The notes under the pieces: generated by a model
What the model saw: the letters and a program-made list of their open reading frames with translations, nothing else
What the model was told of the DNA's origin: nothing
Database searches by the model: none
Assembly (NCBI GenBank): GCA_030272815.1
Contig: JAJSZT010000001.1
Location: forward strand, 38,337 to 102,336
DNA: 64,000 bases
Origin: Deltaproteobacteria bacterium
GTDB taxonomy: Bacteria; Desulfobacterota; Desulfobacteria; Desulfobacterales; ETH-SRB1
Direction: 5' to 3'
Program-made: the position numbers and the translations under genes
Shown: positions 19,235 to 29,044 of the stretch, in pieces
Numbering within the stretch: the first letter of the stretch is position 1
Layout: each line of letters starts with the position of its first letter

Positions 19235-19711
19235 ATGGCTAAAATCAAGAATCTAAAAGGACTAATGATTCCCATTACAGATTACCCCCATATGCCGTAT
19301 TGGGCCACGTTAGAAGAGGCTGTTGTTCTGCTGAATTTTTCTTATGAGACAGCCCATGACACTATTTTGGTCTTTGATGAGTCTTATAGACTCGTGGGTG
19401 TTTTAGACCAGAAAGAAATTTTGAGAGATATCCATCCAGGGTTCTCAAAACTTTCTCTGGAGAAAGTTTCTGATAAATGGGAAAAGCTTATATCGACTCA
19501 TAATCTTGAGCAGTTAAAAAAACCGATAAAGGATTTTATCACTCCATTTAACATAATTGTAGATGTCGAAGATCATGTCCTGAAAGCAGCCCATCTCATG
19601 CTTAAACACGATATAGATCTGCTGCCGGTTAAGGAGTCGGAAAAGTTGGCAGGGGTAGTGAAAATGCATGATATATTTCATGAAATTGCAGCGTTTATTC
19701 TTAAGTCTTGA
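19235..19711 (+). CDS. CBS-domain-pair protein
   Basis: LKGLMIPITDYPHMPYWATLEEAVVLL and IKDFITPFNIIVDVEDHVLKAAHLMLKHDIDLLPVKESEKLAGVVKMHDIF. 158 aa. Confidence 0.8.
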   Translation: MAKIKNLKGLMIPITDYPHMPYWATLEEAVVLLNFSYETAHDTILVFDESYRLVGVLDQKEILRDIHPGFSKLSLEKVSDKWEKLISTHNLEQLKKPIKDFITPFNIIVDVEDHVLKAAHLMLKHDIDLLPVKESEKLAGVVKMHDIFHEIAAFILKS

Positions 19712-19774
19712 AAATGCCCAAGTTATTTTTGACCAAGCCCTAAGACAGATAACAAAGGGAAGTTGGGAGATCAA

Positions 19775-22336
19775 GTGCGTAGTTTATTAAACATATTTAA
19801 AAAGATCAGGTTTAAGAAGGCCGACATTCCCAAAGCATCTCCTCCTGATAAAATGTCATTCAAAGAGAGATACGATTGCTTTCAGAATCTCCTCGCCGAT
19901 AACAACTCCATCCTGGAAACACAGGCGGATATGGAGGAAAAGCTCTCAGGGGATTATATCTTTGACATGCATTATGTTGATTCCAAGTGTGATATCCTGG
20001 TAGAAAAGGTTCAGAGTCTCATAGAGAATCTCAATAGCCTCTCAAACGGAGAATATCTTGGCCTCTATGATGCATTTGAAAGAATTAACTCTGGAATCAA
20101 AGATACCCTTATCAAAAATATCGAGATTCCGGTAACGGATTTTACCATACCTTTTGAAGATGTAACAAAAGATATGGTACGCAGTGTAGGTGGCAAGAAT
20201 GCCAATTTAGGGGAAATCAAAAACAGGCTTAATCTCCCGGTCCCTGAGGGCTTTTGTATAAGCTCTCATGCCTTCAAAAGATTTATGGATTATAATGAGT
20301 TGGGAGATAAGATTAATATTTCTTCGGTAGATACAGATAGTCTGGTAGAGCTCACCAGGGTAAGCAAGGAGGTGCAAAACCTGGTTCTGAATGCCGGCGT
20401 CCCCCCTGATTTAGAAAAAAGCATATTAGATGCCGCCTTGGAACTAAAGAGAAAGGCAGGTCACAGGGCCGGCGGATTCTATGTATCCGTCAGGAGCAGC
20501 GCCATCCATGAGGATGCCCAATTTACCTTTGCGGGGCAGTACAAGACTGCTCTTAACGTTACGCCGGAGGATGTAGTCTCAGCATATGTTGAGATTGTCG
20601 CCAGCCTGTTTACCTCAAGGGCCATATTCTATTGTAAAAGTAAAGGCTTCCATGTAGAAGATATGGTTATGGCCGTTGGGGTGGTTGAAATGATTGATGC
20701 CAAGGCAAGCGGGGTTGTGTACTCGCGTGATCCCACGGATGAAGGCAAGCGGGGGATCATAATCAATGGGGTTTGGGGCTTGGGGAAATACGTTGTTGAT
20801 GGTATAGTAAAACCGCATACTTATGTAGTCTCAAGGGATATTCCCATGCCCATTTTGGAAAAAAACCAACCTGTGCAGCCGTTTATGCTCATATGCGGCC
20901 TTGAAGGGGGCGCAATAGATGTCAGGGTGCCGGATTATATAAGACGAATGCCGTGTCTGACCGATGAACAAGTAACCACCCTTGCCAGACATGCCCTGGT
21001 ACTTGAGAAACACTATGGGAAGCCACAGGATATAGAATGGGCGCTTGATTTGAATGATAACCTTCTGATTTTGCAGGCAAGACCACTTCGGATTGTAGCG
21101 GAAAAACAGAGCAGGCCTGTTCCCAGATTTTTACCGGGCCATAAGATTTTGATCAATAAGGGGCAAATTGCCTGCAAGGGTGTTGGCGCCGGAAAAGTAC
21201 ATTTTGTCACCAATGATGAAGAATTAAAGAGCTTCCCGGAAGGGGCTGTTCTCGTAGCCAGACACACCTCTCCGAGGTTTGTGACCGCCATGAATAAGGC
21301 CGGCGCTATTATTGCAGATGTAGGAAGCCCTATAGGCCATATGGCATCAGTTGCCAGAGAGTATGGTGTGCCCACCATTCTTAATACCGAGATAGCCATG
21401 AAGACCTTGAAAGCTGGCCAGGAAATCACCGTTGATGCGATTAATGGAAACATTTATGAGGGGCGTATAGAGCAACTTATTGAGGCAGGAAAAAGAGATA
21501 ACACCTTTAAGGATACCGCTGTTTTTGAGGTGTTAAGAGGTGTTTTGCAGAGCATAGTCCCTCTGAACCTTATCTATCCTGAGGATGAGAAATTTAGTCC
21601 ACAATATTGTGAAACCTTTCATGACATAACCCGGTTTGCCCATGAAATGGCGATGAATGAGATGTTCAAGCTTGGTGAAGGTGCACATCAAAGGAAGGGC
21701 GGGGCAGTGAAACTGGTGGTCAAGCTTCCTCTTGATATACGTGTGATAGACCTGGGTGGTGGTGTGGAAAACGGTTCAGACAAGAAGATTACAGTCGATA
21801 ATATTGCCTGCATCCCCATGAAGGCTCTCCTGAAAGGGATGATGGCCATAGAATGGCCGGGCCCCCCACCTGTAAATGTAAAAGGCCTGCTCAGTGTAAT
21901 TGCCAGTACCGCTATGCAGCCCAACTCCGAGAAGTCATTATCTGAATCCAGCTTTGCTGTAGTATCCAGGGAATACATGAACTTCAGTATCAGGCTCGGT
22001 TATCATCTGCAGACCCTCGAGGCGTATGCAGGTGAGCGCATCAATGATAACTATATCCGTTTCTTGTTTAAAGGTGGCGGGGCATCCCATGACAGACGTG
22101 CCAGAAGGACCCGGCTCATAAAGGAGATTTTAGAAAAAATAGACTTTCATGTTGAAAGGACCGGCGATGTCCTGGATGGCAGGGTGACCAAGTATGACAG
22201 GACTAGTATTGAGAAAAAACTGGGTGTAATGGCCAAGTTGACCGCATTCACCAAGCAACTGGATATGACTCTGTTTAATGATGCTGTTGTAGACTGGTAT
22301 GTCAGGGAATTCATCAAGAACCATTATGTCGAGTAA
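19775..22336 (+). CDS. PEP-synthase/PPDK-like enzyme, paralogue 2
   Basis: GGKNANLGE, GSPIGHMASVAREYGVPTI and the shared C-terminal block DNYIRFLFKGGGASHDRRARRTRLIKEILEKIDF. The ORF opens at TTG 19763. GTG 19775 is preferred (GGGAG 5 nt upstream, and the N-terminus aligns with paralogue 1). Confidence 0.75.
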   Translation: MRSLLNIFKKIRFKKADIPKASPPDKMSFKERYDCFQNLLADNNSILETQADMEEKLSGDYIFDMHYVDSKCDILVEKVQSLIENLNSLSNGEYLGLYDAFERINSGIKDTLIKNIEIPVTDFTIPFEDVTKDMVRSVGGKNANLGEIKNRLNLPVPEGFCISSHAFKRFMDYNELGDKINISSVDTDSLVELTRVSKEVQNLVLNAGVPPDLEKSILDAALELKRKAGHRAGGFYVSVRSSAIHEDAQFTFAGQYKTALNVTPEDVVSAYVEIVASLFTSRAIFYCKSKGFHVEDMVMAVGVVEMIDAKASGVVYSRDPTDEGKRGIIINGVWGLGKYVVDGIVKPHTYVVSRDIPMPILEKNQPVQPFMLICGLEGGAIDVRVPDYIRRMPCLTDEQVTTLARHALVLEKHYGKPQDIEWALDLNDNLLILQARPLRIVAEKQSRPVPRFLPGHKILINKGQIACKGVGAGKVHFVTNDEELKSFPEGAVLVARHTSPRFVTAMNKAGAIIADVGSPIGHMASVAREYGVPTILNTEIAMKTLKAGQEITVDAINGNIYEGRIEQLIEAGKRDNTFKDTAVFEVLRGVLQSIVPLNLIYPEDEKFSPQYCETFHDITRFAHEMAMNEMFKLGEGAHQRKGGAVKLVVKLPLDIRVIDLGGGVENGSDKKITVDNIACIPMKALLKGMMAIEWPGPPPVNVKGLLSVIASTAMQPNSEKSLSESSFAVVSREYMNFSIRLGYHLQTLEAYAGERINDNYIRFLFKGGGASHDRRARRTRLIKEILEKIDFHVERTGDVLDGRVTKYDRTSIEKKLGVMAKLTAFTKQLDMTLFNDAVVDWYVREFIKNHYVE

Positions 22337-22339
22337 ACC

Positions 22340-22422
22340 GTAGCCGTTCACGGCTTGAAACTTGAAATTGGAAAGTAGAAATTGGGAAGAACAGCACAAA
22401 AGCATGAAGGCCAAATTTCCAA
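22340..22422. repeat. family A hairpin element, short ORF-less copy
   Basis: gtagccgttcacggcttgaaacttgaaattggaaagtagaaattgggaagaacagcacaaaagcatgaaggccaaatttcc. It lies immediately upstream of the leader of array 1. Confidence 0.8.
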
Positions 22423-22453
22423 CCAAAAAAAGTAACAATGCCATATAATTTAG

Positions 22454-22650
22454 ATAGTTGTACGAAATTAAAAAAAGCCCAAAAAAAGGGGGTGGTTACA
22501 GGAAATTTATAATTATTTGTTATTGTTGATAAAGATTGTTGTTTACTATAGAAAATAAGGTAGTGAAGAGATGAAAAAAGAGACGAAAAAGAGAGGTTAC
22601 AGAAAAGGCCATTCTAAGTATCTGTATTTATTGGCTGGAAAAAGGCTGCT
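22454..22650 (+). promoter_or_regulatory. CRISPR leader copy 1 (197 nt)
   Basis: Near-identical to 34398..34594 and 36681..36877. It is preceded by atataatttag, the last 11 nt of cas2, although no cas2 is present here. Confidence 0.8.
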
Positions 22651-22988
22651 ATCTGAAACTGAGACCTGATGAATAAGGGATTGAGACGACTGGCCTTCCG
22701 CTCCAAGCACGGCGCCTTTACCAGATCTGAAACTGAGACCTGATGAATAAGGGATTGAGACAAATTATCGCGGATAGCAATAATTTTTTTATTGCTTACA
22801 TCTGAAACTGAGACCTGATGAATAAGGGATTGAGACTTAATTATTGTTTCTTCTCTTATTATAGCTTTCATTTTTATCTGAAACTGAGACCTGATGAATA
22901 AGGGATTGAGACAAACATTATAGATGATGCTTCTATAGAAGTATTTTCATCATCTGAAACTGAGACCTGATGAATAAGGGATTGAGAC
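22651..22988 (+). CRISPR. CRISPR array 1: 5 x 37-bp repeat, 4 spacers (37-39 bp)
   Basis: Repeat ATCTGAAACTGAGACCTGATGAATAAGGGATTGAGAC at 22651, 22725, 22800, 22876 and 22952. Orientation is inferred from the upstream leader and the 3-prime ATTGAGAC, which fits the 8-nt Cas6 crRNA tag. Confidence 0.95.
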
Positions 22989-23089
22989 GCCTGCGGCGCA
23001 GGGATTAGGGATGTAGTGATAAGGTCGAGCAGTTCTATAAATATACTTTGCACGGCTATAAACTGCGCTTTTTGAAACGGTCAGGATTA

Positions 23090-23192
23090 TAAGGAAAAAT
23101 CAAACCACGAAGGACACGAAGGGGCACGAAGATTAGAATTAATGCTTTTTATAATTTCTTTGTGAGCTTCGTGAGCTTCGTGGTGAAAAAAA
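23090..23192. repeat. family F palindrome (accacgaaggacacgaaggggcacgaag...cttcgtgagcttcgtggt)
   Basis: Inverted arms built from tandem cacgaag motifs. A related fragment lies at ~26010..26045. Confidence 0.7.
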
Positions 23193-23263
23193 CATAATAA
23201 AAAAGCTCAGATTTTGAGCGTTTACAAGAGCTTGAAGAAACAGTAATATAATGGAGCGGCCGA

Positions 23264-24223
23264 TTGGAAAAATTCTACTTTTCCAGATTTACGTTTTCCG
23301 TCAGATGCAAAACAACCATCTTTCTTCCATCTTACGCTGGTTCCACTCTCCGCGGCGGATTCGGCCATGCATTTCGCCGCATCATCTGTGCCTTCAAAGG
23401 CAAGGAATGCACAGATTGCCTTTTGCGGGGCCAATGTGTATATGCCTACGTCTTTGAAACACCCATTCCGGCTGATGCTCAAATAATGCGAAAATATACC
23501 GCAGCTCCTCATCCTTTTATCCTTGAACCCTTTACAAACAGCCGGAAATCCTGTCAAGAAGGAGAAGATTTCTCATTCGGCCTCACCCTGATCGGCAGGG
23601 CAACAGACTATCTACCCTATTTTATCTATGCCTTTGAAGAGCTTGGCCGTATCGGAATCGGCAAAGGCAGGGGAAAATATGAGTTGAGGGAAGTAGCTGA
23701 AGAAGGCGGCAAAGGTAACTCTCTCCAGAAAAAAAGAGTCATTTACAGTGGGGATACAAAACTCCTGACTCAAACCAATCCTCCGATACGATGGTCTGAC
23801 ATTGTTATAAACCATCCTTCGCCTCCCTCTGCAATCAGTGTCTCTTTTATCACCCCCACAAGGATCAAGTACAAAAACAGCCTCACCAAAGATCTCGAAT
23901 TTCACGTATTTTTCAGAAGCCTCCAGCGCCGCATATCGCTCCTTTCATACTTTCACTGCAACCACAGGATAGATGACACCGGATTCAAAGATCTTATTCA
24001 GCGAGCCAGGGATATTAAAATCATCAAGAGGTCGCTCTACTGGCACGACTGGGAGCGGTATTCCAACCGCCAGGAGACCCGGATGAAAATGGGGGGATTT
24101 ATGGGCGAGATTACATATGAAGGAGAGTTAAAGAAGTTCTGGCCTTATATCAAGCTGGGAGAATATGTGCATGTGGGAAAGGGGAGTGGATTTGGGTTGG
24201 GGAGGTACAGGATAGAGGAGTGA
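23264..24223 (+). CDS. cas6: Cas6-family pre-crRNA endoribonuclease (RAMP)
   Basis: STLRGGFGHAFRR near the N-terminus and a C-terminal glycine-rich loop HVGKGSGFGLGRY typical of Cas6. It lies between array 1 and the type III effector genes. Confidence 0.8.
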   Translation: MEKFYFSRFTFSVRCKTTIFLPSYAGSTLRGGFGHAFRRIICAFKGKECTDCLLRGQCVYAYVFETPIPADAQIMRKYTAAPHPFILEPFTNSRKSCQEGEDFSFGLTLIGRATDYLPYFIYAFEELGRIGIGKGRGKYELREVAEEGGKGNSLQKKRVIYSGDTKLLTQTNPPIRWSDIVINHPSPPSAISVSFITPTRIKYKNSLTKDLEFHVFFRSLQRRISLLSYFHCNHRIDDTGFKDLIQRARDIKIIKRSLYWHDWERYSNRQETRMKMGGFMGEITYEGELKKFWPYIKLGEYVHVGKGSGFGLGRYRIEE

Positions 24224-25806
24224 CTATGAATTACAGAAAACCGAAACGGATTTTTGAAGATTCCGGGACAGTTGATCCCAGAATGTCATACCATGTTGAG
24301 TTAAAGAATGTGGTTAATACAAGAAAGCAGGATATTAAAACTATGGTTGATCTGGGAAGGTACTTTTCGATATTTGCTCCCAGACAGAGCGGCAAGACTA
24401 CGTTTTTTGAAGGTTTCTGCCGCAAGCTGGAAAAAGACCCTGCCTACGCGGCCATCCTTCTTAGTTTCCAGAGATACAAGAACCTCGATATACAAAGATT
24501 TTATCAATTAGTTCAAAGAGATTTTTATAGCCAACTAACCGACAGGCTCGAAGCCGTGAATTGTCCAAAGCTGGATGCCATAAGAGCGTATCTAAATACC
24601 CATAATTTAACAGATCATATCTCGTTCAGTGAACTCTTCGAAGAATTAAACCGGAAAATAGAATTCAAGAAAATCGTTATCCTTATAGATGAATTTGACG
24701 GCATACCAATTAATGAACTGGAGAATTTCCTTACTACCTTAAGAGATCTGTATCAGAAATACAAGAAACGCACCAGTAAGGCTTTATATTCTGTCGGTCT
24801 GGTCGGTATTCGTAACATCACAAAATTGATTGTGGGCGGTGTTTCCCCCTTTAATATCGCTGATCAGGTAAAACTTCCACCTTTTACTCTAAAGAACGTC
24901 CAAGACCTTTATAACCAGTATACAGAGGAAACCAACCAGCCCTTTACCGAAGATGCAGTAAAAAAGGTATTTAATGAAACAGCCGGCCAACCCTGGCTGG
25001 TGAACCGGCTTGGGACGATTCTGACGGTTGACATAAAACCGGAAACCACGGATCCAATCACCGCAGAAGATGTGGAAAAGGGAATAATGCATCTCCTTAA
25101 AGAAAGAAACAGCCACTTCGATAATCTTTTTGAAAAAGCAAAATTGTACAAAGAGACCTTTGTACAAATCACATTTAATGGGGTTGACTATAGTCCCGAT
25201 AATGAAGATCAATCATGGCTGGAACAATATGGTCTAATCAAGGAGAAAAATAATAATGCTGTTGTGGCCAACGCAATATACAAAAGACGATTCTTAAAGG
25301 CTTTTTTTCAAGAATCCGGGGCAATCGCAGATACTTCACTTAAGGCCTATTTTACTTCCGATGGTTTTTTAAACATGAAAGCTGTTTTATCTGATTTTGA
25401 GGAATACATCATGCAGATAGGTGTAAATGCCTTTTATGCAAGCCAAAAGCCATACGAAAAGACAGGACAATTCCTGCTCACTGCCTGGCTGTATCAGTTT
25501 GTGGAACAGGGAAAAGGGGAGCTCAGTTTTGAGGTTTCAACCGGATTAGGTAGAATCGATATTCTGCTGACCTATCAAGGCAGAAAATACATTGTAGAGA
25601 CCAAAATAAATCGCTCAAGCTTTGAAAGAACTGCGCAAAAGGCGATTGATCAGCTTTGCGGCAAGTATCTTTTAACCGAGCGTGCAAATGAAGGATACGT
25701 AGTGATTTTTGATCCTAAAACAACAGTGGGTGAATTATGCACGCCGCAAGAACGGCTGGTGCAAGGGAAAAAGATATTGATCTTTAATATCGGTATAGGA
25801 AGGTAG
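24220..25806 (+). CDS. AAA-ATPase-like protein with C-terminal PD-(D/E)XK nuclease-like domain
   Basis: Walker A FAPRQSGKTTF, Walker B IVILIDEFD, and a C-terminal GRIDILLTYQGRKYIVETKI (D...ExK). The start (GTG 24220 or ATG 24226) overlaps or abuts the cas6 stop. Confidence 0.7.
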   Translation: MTMNYRKPKRIFEDSGTVDPRMSYHVELKNVVNTRKQDIKTMVDLGRYFSIFAPRQSGKTTFFEGFCRKLEKDPAYAAILLSFQRYKNLDIQRFYQLVQRDFYSQLTDRLEAVNCPKLDAIRAYLNTHNLTDHISFSELFEELNRKIEFKKIVILIDEFDGIPINELENFLTTLRDLYQKYKKRTSKALYSVGLVGIRNITKLIVGGVSPFNIADQVKLPPFTLKNVQDLYNQYTEETNQPFTEDAVKKVFNETAGQPWLVNRLGTILTVDIKPETTDPITAEDVEKGIMHLLKERNSHFDNLFEKAKLYKETFVQITFNGVDYSPDNEDQSWLEQYGLIKEKNNNAVVANAIYKRRFLKAFFQESGAIADTSLKAYFTSDGFLNMKAVLSDFEEYIMQIGVNAFYASQKPYEKTGQFLLTAWLYQFVEQGKGELSFEVSTGLGRIDILLTYQGRKYIVETKINRSSFERTAQKAIDQLCGKYLLTERANEGYVVIFDPKTTVGELCTPQERLVQGKKILIFNIGIGR

Positions 25807-26172
25807 GTGTATTTTATTGGGGAGATCCTTTCCTCTCCTTTCCTCTTGATCTCATTGTGCGGAGGTCTGCGGATGTTGACCGCAGATTTAGATTGGGGGA
25901 TTTTTTTATAAAGGAGATTGTGTAGGAAGGCAAGATACTGTATGAAAAAACTGCCTGATGATTTGGAATGGTCATAATTGACCGGATGCCGGTATTATTT
26001 CGTTCGGTTTTTTTCACCACAAAGAACACGAAGATAAAATCATTTATATTTTGGCTGTTTTTGATTACCACGCAGCACATTGTATTTTATATAGCTTAGT
26101 AGTTATAACCTACGACCGTAATACCTTTAACTTTTGAGAAGTTGCCTCAATATAGTTACAAAAGAGGTGGAT

Positions 26173-28560
26173 ATGAATCGTATTGAACCTGTCTTAAAGG
26201 CTATCCTTATAGAGGGATTGCAAAAAGTTCGTGAGTGGTTTTTAAGAAAAAATGTTTCATACCTTCGATCAATTTTCGATCAAGTCGGCTTTATCGACAC
26301 AAATGAAATGTCGGATATCTATTATGTGCCGCCTTATAGCCTGACATCTGAGATCATATATCCGGTCAAGAGTAAGAACCCTCTCCTTGATGAGGTCAGA
26401 TCAAAAACATATAACGAAATATTTACTCAACACCACAGCTTTAATGACGATTATCTTGCCGGCCTTCCTGTAAACAGGCTCTTATTCTTGCTCGAAAAAT
26501 TTGGTGGAACCGTCCCTGTTGATGGAGACAGTACTATCTCAATATTTGATATGTACAAAATAATGGGCGCCAAAACCATTGTAAGATTAAACAGGGAAAC
26601 ACTTAAACATGAACAGGGAAACCTGATAATAAATATTGATCTGTCTGGAATACAAAGATTTATTTACAACATTGTTTCGCGAGGCGCTCTAAAAAACCTA
26701 CGATCCCGCTCTTTTTTTATCGAACTCTTATGTGGTCATGCCGTTAATCGTGTAATAAACAGTTTTAACCTGCACCAAGTTAATGTTCTTATGAATGGTG
26801 GCGGCAATGTAAAGATTCTATCAAGCAAACCTTCAAACCACAAAGAATTGCTGGATAATATCGACTGCGATATGAATTTATGGCTGTCTGAAGAATTCAA
26901 CGGGAGGTTAAATCTTGTCCTTACGTCCGTAGAAACATCTGACCGCGATATGAACGGTGACATTTCAAAATTGCTAAATAAGATTTCGGCTAAATCTTTT
27001 ATAAAGAAAAACAGGAAATTCGACTTACTTATCCAGAGAGATGAGCTTTCATTTGTAGATAAAGAGGATCCTGGCTACCAGCGCTGCGAGATATGCGGCA
27101 AGGACTTTACTCCACAAACCGGCCAAAAAAAAGCTGAGCATGAGGAAAGTTTAAGGTGTGCATTCTGTGAAAAGTTGGTGCGCCTTGGCAACATTATTCC
27201 GGAGGCAAAGTACATATATTTGTCCAAGAAAGATATGCACTGTTCTTTTCAGATACAGATAGAAGATTATTTCTATTTGCTCTCAAAAGAAAAAGAGAGG
27301 GAATTGAAGTGTGCCTGGGTCATCTTTGATAACAGAAAGGGTTTTCATGATGACCTTACTGCCTCAGAAGTTACTTTATTTGCTAGAACCTGTATAGTAA
27401 AAACCGAGATGTTGCCAAAGGATGTATATGAGCAAATTGATAAAAAAAAGAAAGAACTCAAGGTCGTGCTGAAAAAGAGCGAGGATTCTCAAGAGAAACA
27501 ATGGCTAAGAGATGAGATTGATTCTCTTTCAGATGAACATCCTGCTATGCTCGAACACCTGGCTAATTCTTCGGAAGGAGCAAAACTCATAGGCGCATTG
27601 AGAATGGATGCAGATAATATAGGAAAAATTCTGTATAAAGGGTTTTATGGAAATGCCACCCTCGAAAAAGTCTCATCATTTTCACGAAACCTTAACTACT
27701 TTTTTAAACTTTACCTGGAGTCAACTTTCAAGCCAAATAGAATTCAACAAAGGGAAAAGAGAAGATTAATCCACGTAATCTATGCCGGAGGAGACGATCT
27801 TTTTGCCCTTGGTACATGGAATGATATCGCCGAACTTTCGCTATGCATAAACAAAACTTTTGGGAAATATACCTGTCAAAATATAGACCTTGGACTCAGC
27901 GCCGGTTTTACTATCCACAAGCCTAAATTTCCTGTAAGCAAGATGGCAGATTTATCATTAGCGGCCCTGAATTATTCCAAAGACAATTTGGAGCCGTGCT
28001 GGTTTTGCCGAAAAAAATGGCTTGAATGCCCCCTTTTTAGAAATGGAAACTGTCTCAGAAAGGATTCTGTTACGCCGTTTTTTACGGAATACAAAGCAGC
28101 TCTTAAATATAGACTCGATAAGGAGTTTATCCTGAAGTATTCGTCCGAACCTTCCAGGCTGAAGTTGAGTTTCAGGCGAAAACGATTTATCAAAGAGTTA
28201 CAAAGAGTTGAAGATGAAGTTGAAAAATTCGTTTTTAAACCTTTTAAAGTATTTACTGCGGATAATGTACCCCAGCGCCGCAGCGGTTTTATGCATAACG
28301 TCTTGAACATGCTTGAAGTGTGGTATTCAGACGGTCTTATCTACCTGCCTAAAATTGCATGGCTGTTGCAAAAGCAAAGAGAAGAATTGCAACGTATAAT
28401 CGAAGAAGATACAAGAGAGTCTATGTATGATCTCTATGATCAACATCTTCACCTTGCCACACCCCGTATGCTGTCCGCACTTCACATTCCGCTATCGTGG
28501 GCAATATTGTTGATGAAAGAAGGAGGAAAGAGAGATGAATCCAGAACCAATGGAAGATAA
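26173..28560 (+). CDS. cas10: Cas10 (type III large subunit), cyclase motif intact, no recognisable HD dyad
   Basis: Palm1 IDLSGIQRFIYN and RSRSFFIELL. Zn cluster CEICGK...CAFCEK. Palm2 VIYAGGDDLFALGTW. No His-Asp dipeptide occurs in the first ~400 aa. ATG 26173 is preferred (AGAGGTGG upstream) over TTG 26134. Confidence 0.9.
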   Translation: MNRIEPVLKAILIEGLQKVREWFLRKNVSYLRSIFDQVGFIDTNEMSDIYYVPPYSLTSEIIYPVKSKNPLLDEVRSKTYNEIFTQHHSFNDDYLAGLPVNRLLFLLEKFGGTVPVDGDSTISIFDMYKIMGAKTIVRLNRETLKHEQGNLIINIDLSGIQRFIYNIVSRGALKNLRSRSFFIELLCGHAVNRVINSFNLHQVNVLMNGGGNVKILSSKPSNHKELLDNIDCDMNLWLSEEFNGRLNLVLTSVETSDRDMNGDISKLLNKISAKSFIKKNRKFDLLIQRDELSFVDKEDPGYQRCEICGKDFTPQTGQKKAEHEESLRCAFCEKLVRLGNIIPEAKYIYLSKKDMHCSFQIQIEDYFYLLSKEKERELKCAWVIFDNRKGFHDDLTASEVTLFARTCIVKTEMLPKDVYEQIDKKKKELKVVLKKSEDSQEKQWLRDEIDSLSDEHPAMLEHLANSSEGAKLIGALRMDADNIGKILYKGFYGNATLEKVSSFSRNLNYFFKLYLESTFKPNRIQQREKRRLIHVIYAGGDDLFALGTWNDIAELSLCINKTFGKYTCQNIDLGLSAGFTIHKPKFPVSKMADLSLAALNYSKDNLEPCWFCRKKWLECPLFRNGNCLRKDSVTPFFTEYKAALKYRLDKEFILKYSSEPSRLKLSFRRKRFIKELQRVEDEVEKFVFKPFKVFTADNVPQRRSGFMHNVLNMLEVWYSDGLIYLPKIAWLLQKQREELQRIIEEDTRESMYDLYDQHLHLATPRMLSALHIPLSWAILLMKEGGKRDESRTNGR

Positions 28561-29023
28561 GCTTTTAAAACAATGGAACCTTAACACGGAAAAGGATATC
28601 AAGGCAAAAATATTCGAGGACTATGCCGAAGGCGACAAACTCACACATATCCTTGACGGCGAAAAGCTTGTCGCATGCAGCTATGCACTGGGCCGGATAC
28701 TTGCGAGCTATAATGTTGGACTAAAGACAGCTCAGTTGAGACGGTTTTATGGATCATTATTGAACATAAAAGCCTCTGCAAATCGTATCAGGGCAGAGTC
28801 TGGGACTGATAACACATTTAAATCTAAGATTATTCCTCAAATACTAATGTTAAAACCATTACTCGCGAATGCAAAGGCAAGACATCGACGGGCAATAACC
28901 CCTTTTTTTGAGGTTATGAATCCGTTGTTCGATGTTGTTAAGGATGGAGATGATTACGATCGGTTTTGCGATTTTGTCGAAGCGATCGTGGCTTATCATA
29001 AGTACTGTGGCGGCAAAGACTAA
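28535..29023 (+). CDS. csm2: Csm2/Cas11-like small subunit
   Basis: 162-aa helical protein between cas10 and csm3. AGGAGG lies 8 nt upstream, and the gene overlaps the cas10 end by 26 nt. Assignment is mainly positional. Confidence 0.65.
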   Translation: MNPEPMEDKLLKQWNLNTEKDIKAKIFEDYAEGDKLTHILDGEKLVACSYALGRILASYNVGLKTAQLRRFYGSLLNIKASANRIRAESGTDNTFKSKIIPQILMLKPLLANAKARHRRAITPFFEVMNPLFDVVKDGDDYDRFCDFVEAIVAYHKYCGGKD

Positions 29024-29044
29024 ATTGTAGAGGAGATTTTCATC

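Noticed and set aside
22651-22687. Hammerhead-like core words (CTGATGA and GAAAC) inside the CRISPR repeat
   Set aside because: The order is GAAAC then CTGATGA within one repeat, and no helices I-III can be drawn. Spacers would have to form conserved stems, which they cannot. Judged coincidental.
22614-22871. 85-aa minus-strand ORF with repeated SLIHQVSVSD peptide
   Set aside because: It is the translation of CRISPR array 1. The repeated peptide is the 37-bp repeat read in one frame.
26134-26172. TTG-initiated 13-codon extension of cas10
   Set aside because: ATG 26173 has a good RBS (AGAGGTGG), and the extension has no conserved features.
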